In this document: positions 62,356 through 64,000 of the stretch, in pieces
How positions within the stretch are numbered: the stretch's first letter is position 1
How the letters are laid out: every line of letters starts with the position of its first letter
Origin: an uncultured Thermoguttaceae bacterium
GTDB taxonomy: Bacteria; Planctomycetota; Planctomycetia; Pirellulales; Thermoguttaceae
Assembly (NCBI GenBank): GCA_965195225.1
Contig: CBDAFL010000085.1
Location: 82,120-146,119 of the forward strand
Reading direction: 5' to 3'
DNA length: 64,000 nt
Translations under genes and position numbers: made by a program
Notes under the pieces: model-generated
What the model was told of the DNA's origin: nothing
The model's input: the letters and a program-made list of their open reading frames with translations, nothing else
Database searches by the model: none

Positions 62356-64000
62356 TTACGCCAGTCGGAGCAACCGCCGCACCAACCACTCCAGACAAAG
62401 AAAACCGCACAAAGCGATCATGATCCACCGGAGCCAAGCCTCTTTCTCTTGGGGGTTTGGGGTGATTGGAAGAACAACGGTGCTTGTGCGGTCTTTCAAC
62501 TGCATCGTAAGGGGGGGAACCCCGTGCGTTGCCACGGCCGACTCCATGCCTATGTAGTACCGGCCGCCCGTATTTTTTGCGATGGCGCTCAATAGGACAT
62601 CGTTTCGTCGCGGGTTCTCGCGCTCCAGGTCGGGAGCCTTCACCTGTATGCGACGGCTTAGCCGCTCGTTGTCGCTTTCGGGCACGGGCAGTTCGAGGCG
62701 GTACGTTCCTTCCAGCAGTGCGGGGAACTGCCCCAGGAAGGCGCCTACCCGCGTTGGGTCGGGCCGCAACGTAATCGTCTGCGTTGCGCCGCCCGGGGCG
62801 AACACTTGTAATTTGACGCTTGGCGATTCGAGAGGTTCCAACCGGAGGTCGGTCAATTGCGCCCGGACCTCGACGGTGTTGCCCAGCAGGTATCGGTCCT
62901 GTCCGACCAGCAGTACGCCTCGGCTGGAGCCGCGCAACAGCCGGCCTTGCGAGACGTGGCGGATCAGTTTCGTGTAAAACTTATCGAAGTATGTCTCTTC
63001 GACGGCGCGGAGCCGCCACATTTCGCCGCTGCCGAGGTAAAATACGCTGCCGGAGCCGTAAAACTGTCCGGCGAAATAGACCGGTTGATCTCCCCCTTGG
63101 ACGGCGCGGGGATCGGAATACCATGCGTAGACGGTGGCGCCCGGCTTCGGACCCCGCACCAAACAGCAACTGTACACGCCGGGGAAATCGTCCCAAGCCA
63201 GACGGTTGGCGGTCGTCGTGTCGGCCAGCCAAAGGAAGTCGGCCTCCTGTCCTTCGCGGGTGAAGTCCAAGGGCCAGGCCTCCTTGCCGGCGAAAACGCC
63301 GCCATCGACGGTCGCCATACTGCCGTAGAACTCGACGGGGTACAAGTTGCGCACGGTGGACATGTCCGAGTCGTGGACCCATCCGTGAATGCTTTGGCCG
63401 ACACGTACCGGCCCGGCGACAACGATCAAGCCTCCCCCCTGGTCGGCAACCCATTTTTCCAGCAGTTCAATCTGCTCCGCGCTAAGCGCTTGCCAATTGG
63501 GGTCGAAGGCCACGACGCAGTCATATTCGTACATCTCCCGGCGGGTCATGGGGAAATCGTCGAGGATCGCATCGGCGTCCTGCGACATCCCCTCTCGGCC
63601 GCTTTGCAGCAGCACGTCGACGCTGGTGTAGCGGTCGCGGTAGAGTTGGTTGCGGAGAAACTGGTATTCCCGCATCGCTCCGTCGGCCAGTAGCAGGACG
63701 CGGCTCTTGCGGTCGATGATTTCGATGTCTGCCTCGCGGGCGTTGTCGGCCGGATTGCGGTCGCCTTCGGGGGCCTGGACCCGCAGCCGCAAAGTGCGGC
63801 GGCCGGCGGCGTCGGGAAGCAACTCGAACTTGACCGGTAGCACCTCGCCGTCGCCGCCGAGCGTGACCTCCCGGCTTTCGAGCAGTTCGCCTTCGCCGGC
63901 CTCGGTCCCATTACCCGCCGGACGCGACAAAACCCGCACCACGACCGTCTTGCCCGGCATCCCTTGGGCTTGCAAGTAGCCGGTCACGGTGTACCGATCG
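62356..64000 (-). CDS. Large hypothetical protein, 5'-truncated by the window end (C-terminal TM anchor)
   Basis: The frame stays open upstream of the GTG at 63987 to the window edge. One segment (VLLLADGAMREYQFLRN...LIVVAGPV) is reminiscent of class-I glutamine-amidotransferase-like (ThuA-like) folds seen in Bat/aerotolerance-type operons (low confidence). The C-terminus has a hydrophobic helix. Confidence 0.6.
   Translation of the reverse strand, partial: DRYTVTGYLQAQGMPGKTVVVRVLSRPAGNGTEAGEGELLESREVTLGGDGEVLPVKFELLPDAAGRRTLRLRVQAPEGDRNPADNAREADIEIIDRKSRVLLLADGAMREYQFLRNQLYRDRYTSVDVLLQSGREGMSQDADAILDDFPMTRREMYEYDCVVAFDPNWQALSAEQIELLEKWVADQGGGLIVVAGPVRVGQSIHGWVHDSDMSTVRNLYPVEFYGSMATVDGGVFAGKEAWPLDFTREGQEADFLWLADTTTANRLAWDDFPGVYSCCLVRGPKPGATVYAWYSDPRAVQGGDQPVYFAGQFYGSGSVFYLGSGEMWRLRAVEETYFDKFYTKLIRHVSQGRLLRGSSRGVLLVGQDRYLLGNTVEVRAQLTDLRLEPLESPSVKLQVFAPGGATQTITLRPDPTRVGAFLGQFPALLEGTYRLELPVPESDNERLSRRIQVKAPDLERENPRRNDVLLSAIAKNTGGRYYIGMESAVATHGVPPLTMQLKDRTSTVVLPITPNPQEKEAWLRWIMIALCGFLCLEWLVRRLLRLA

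Overview
High-GC bacterial chromosomal window; hand-counted 60-nt lines in core genes are about 65% GC. Gene content suggests a Planctomycetota-like organism (inference only): a PEP-CTERM RCC1 protein, a 1200-aa exported HEAT-repeat protein, clustered Sec/Tat-exported HtrA paralogues, Cys-rich exported proteins and many palindromic REP-like elements. I found no rRNA, tRNA or CRISPR array. The backbone is housekeeping: uup-like ABC-F, lepA, DEAD-box helicase, single-chain pyruvate:ferredoxin oxidoreductase plus a DHOD-like partner, EF-G, an NtrB/NtrC-type two-component pair, cfa, larE-like, UbiD-family, uvrC, a sugar epimerase/MFS operon, a multi-PAS kinase and a porin. A long minus-strand operon of exported proteins runs from about 51.1 kb to the window end. 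Lower-GC patches interrupt this backbone. The standout is the patch at about 3.1-6.9 kb, which lies next to an IS200/IS605-type transposase remnant. It carries a 780-aa protein that combines a PD-(D/E)xK-like nuclease motif, a DndB-type DGQHR (ParB-fold) core and a C-terminal HEPN-like Rx4H motif. That gene overlaps by 14 nt, and so is probably translationally coupled to, a Dam-family N6-adenine methyltransferase. No dnd, ssp or classical R-M partner genes flank the pair, so I rank it as a candidate undescribed restriction-modification-like defence module. Other points worth a second look:
- a second low-GC islet with a PolB-exo-like 3'-5' exonuclease, 21-bp tandem repeats and an operator-like repeat cluster;
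- a roughly 210-nt candidate structured sRNA with its own near-consensus promoter;
- a 205-bp MITE-like element present twice;
- REP-like palindromes, some inserted in frame inside CDSs;
- an HtrA operon with one catalytically intact and two apparently dead paralogues;
- a decayed VapBC-type toxin-antitoxin locus.
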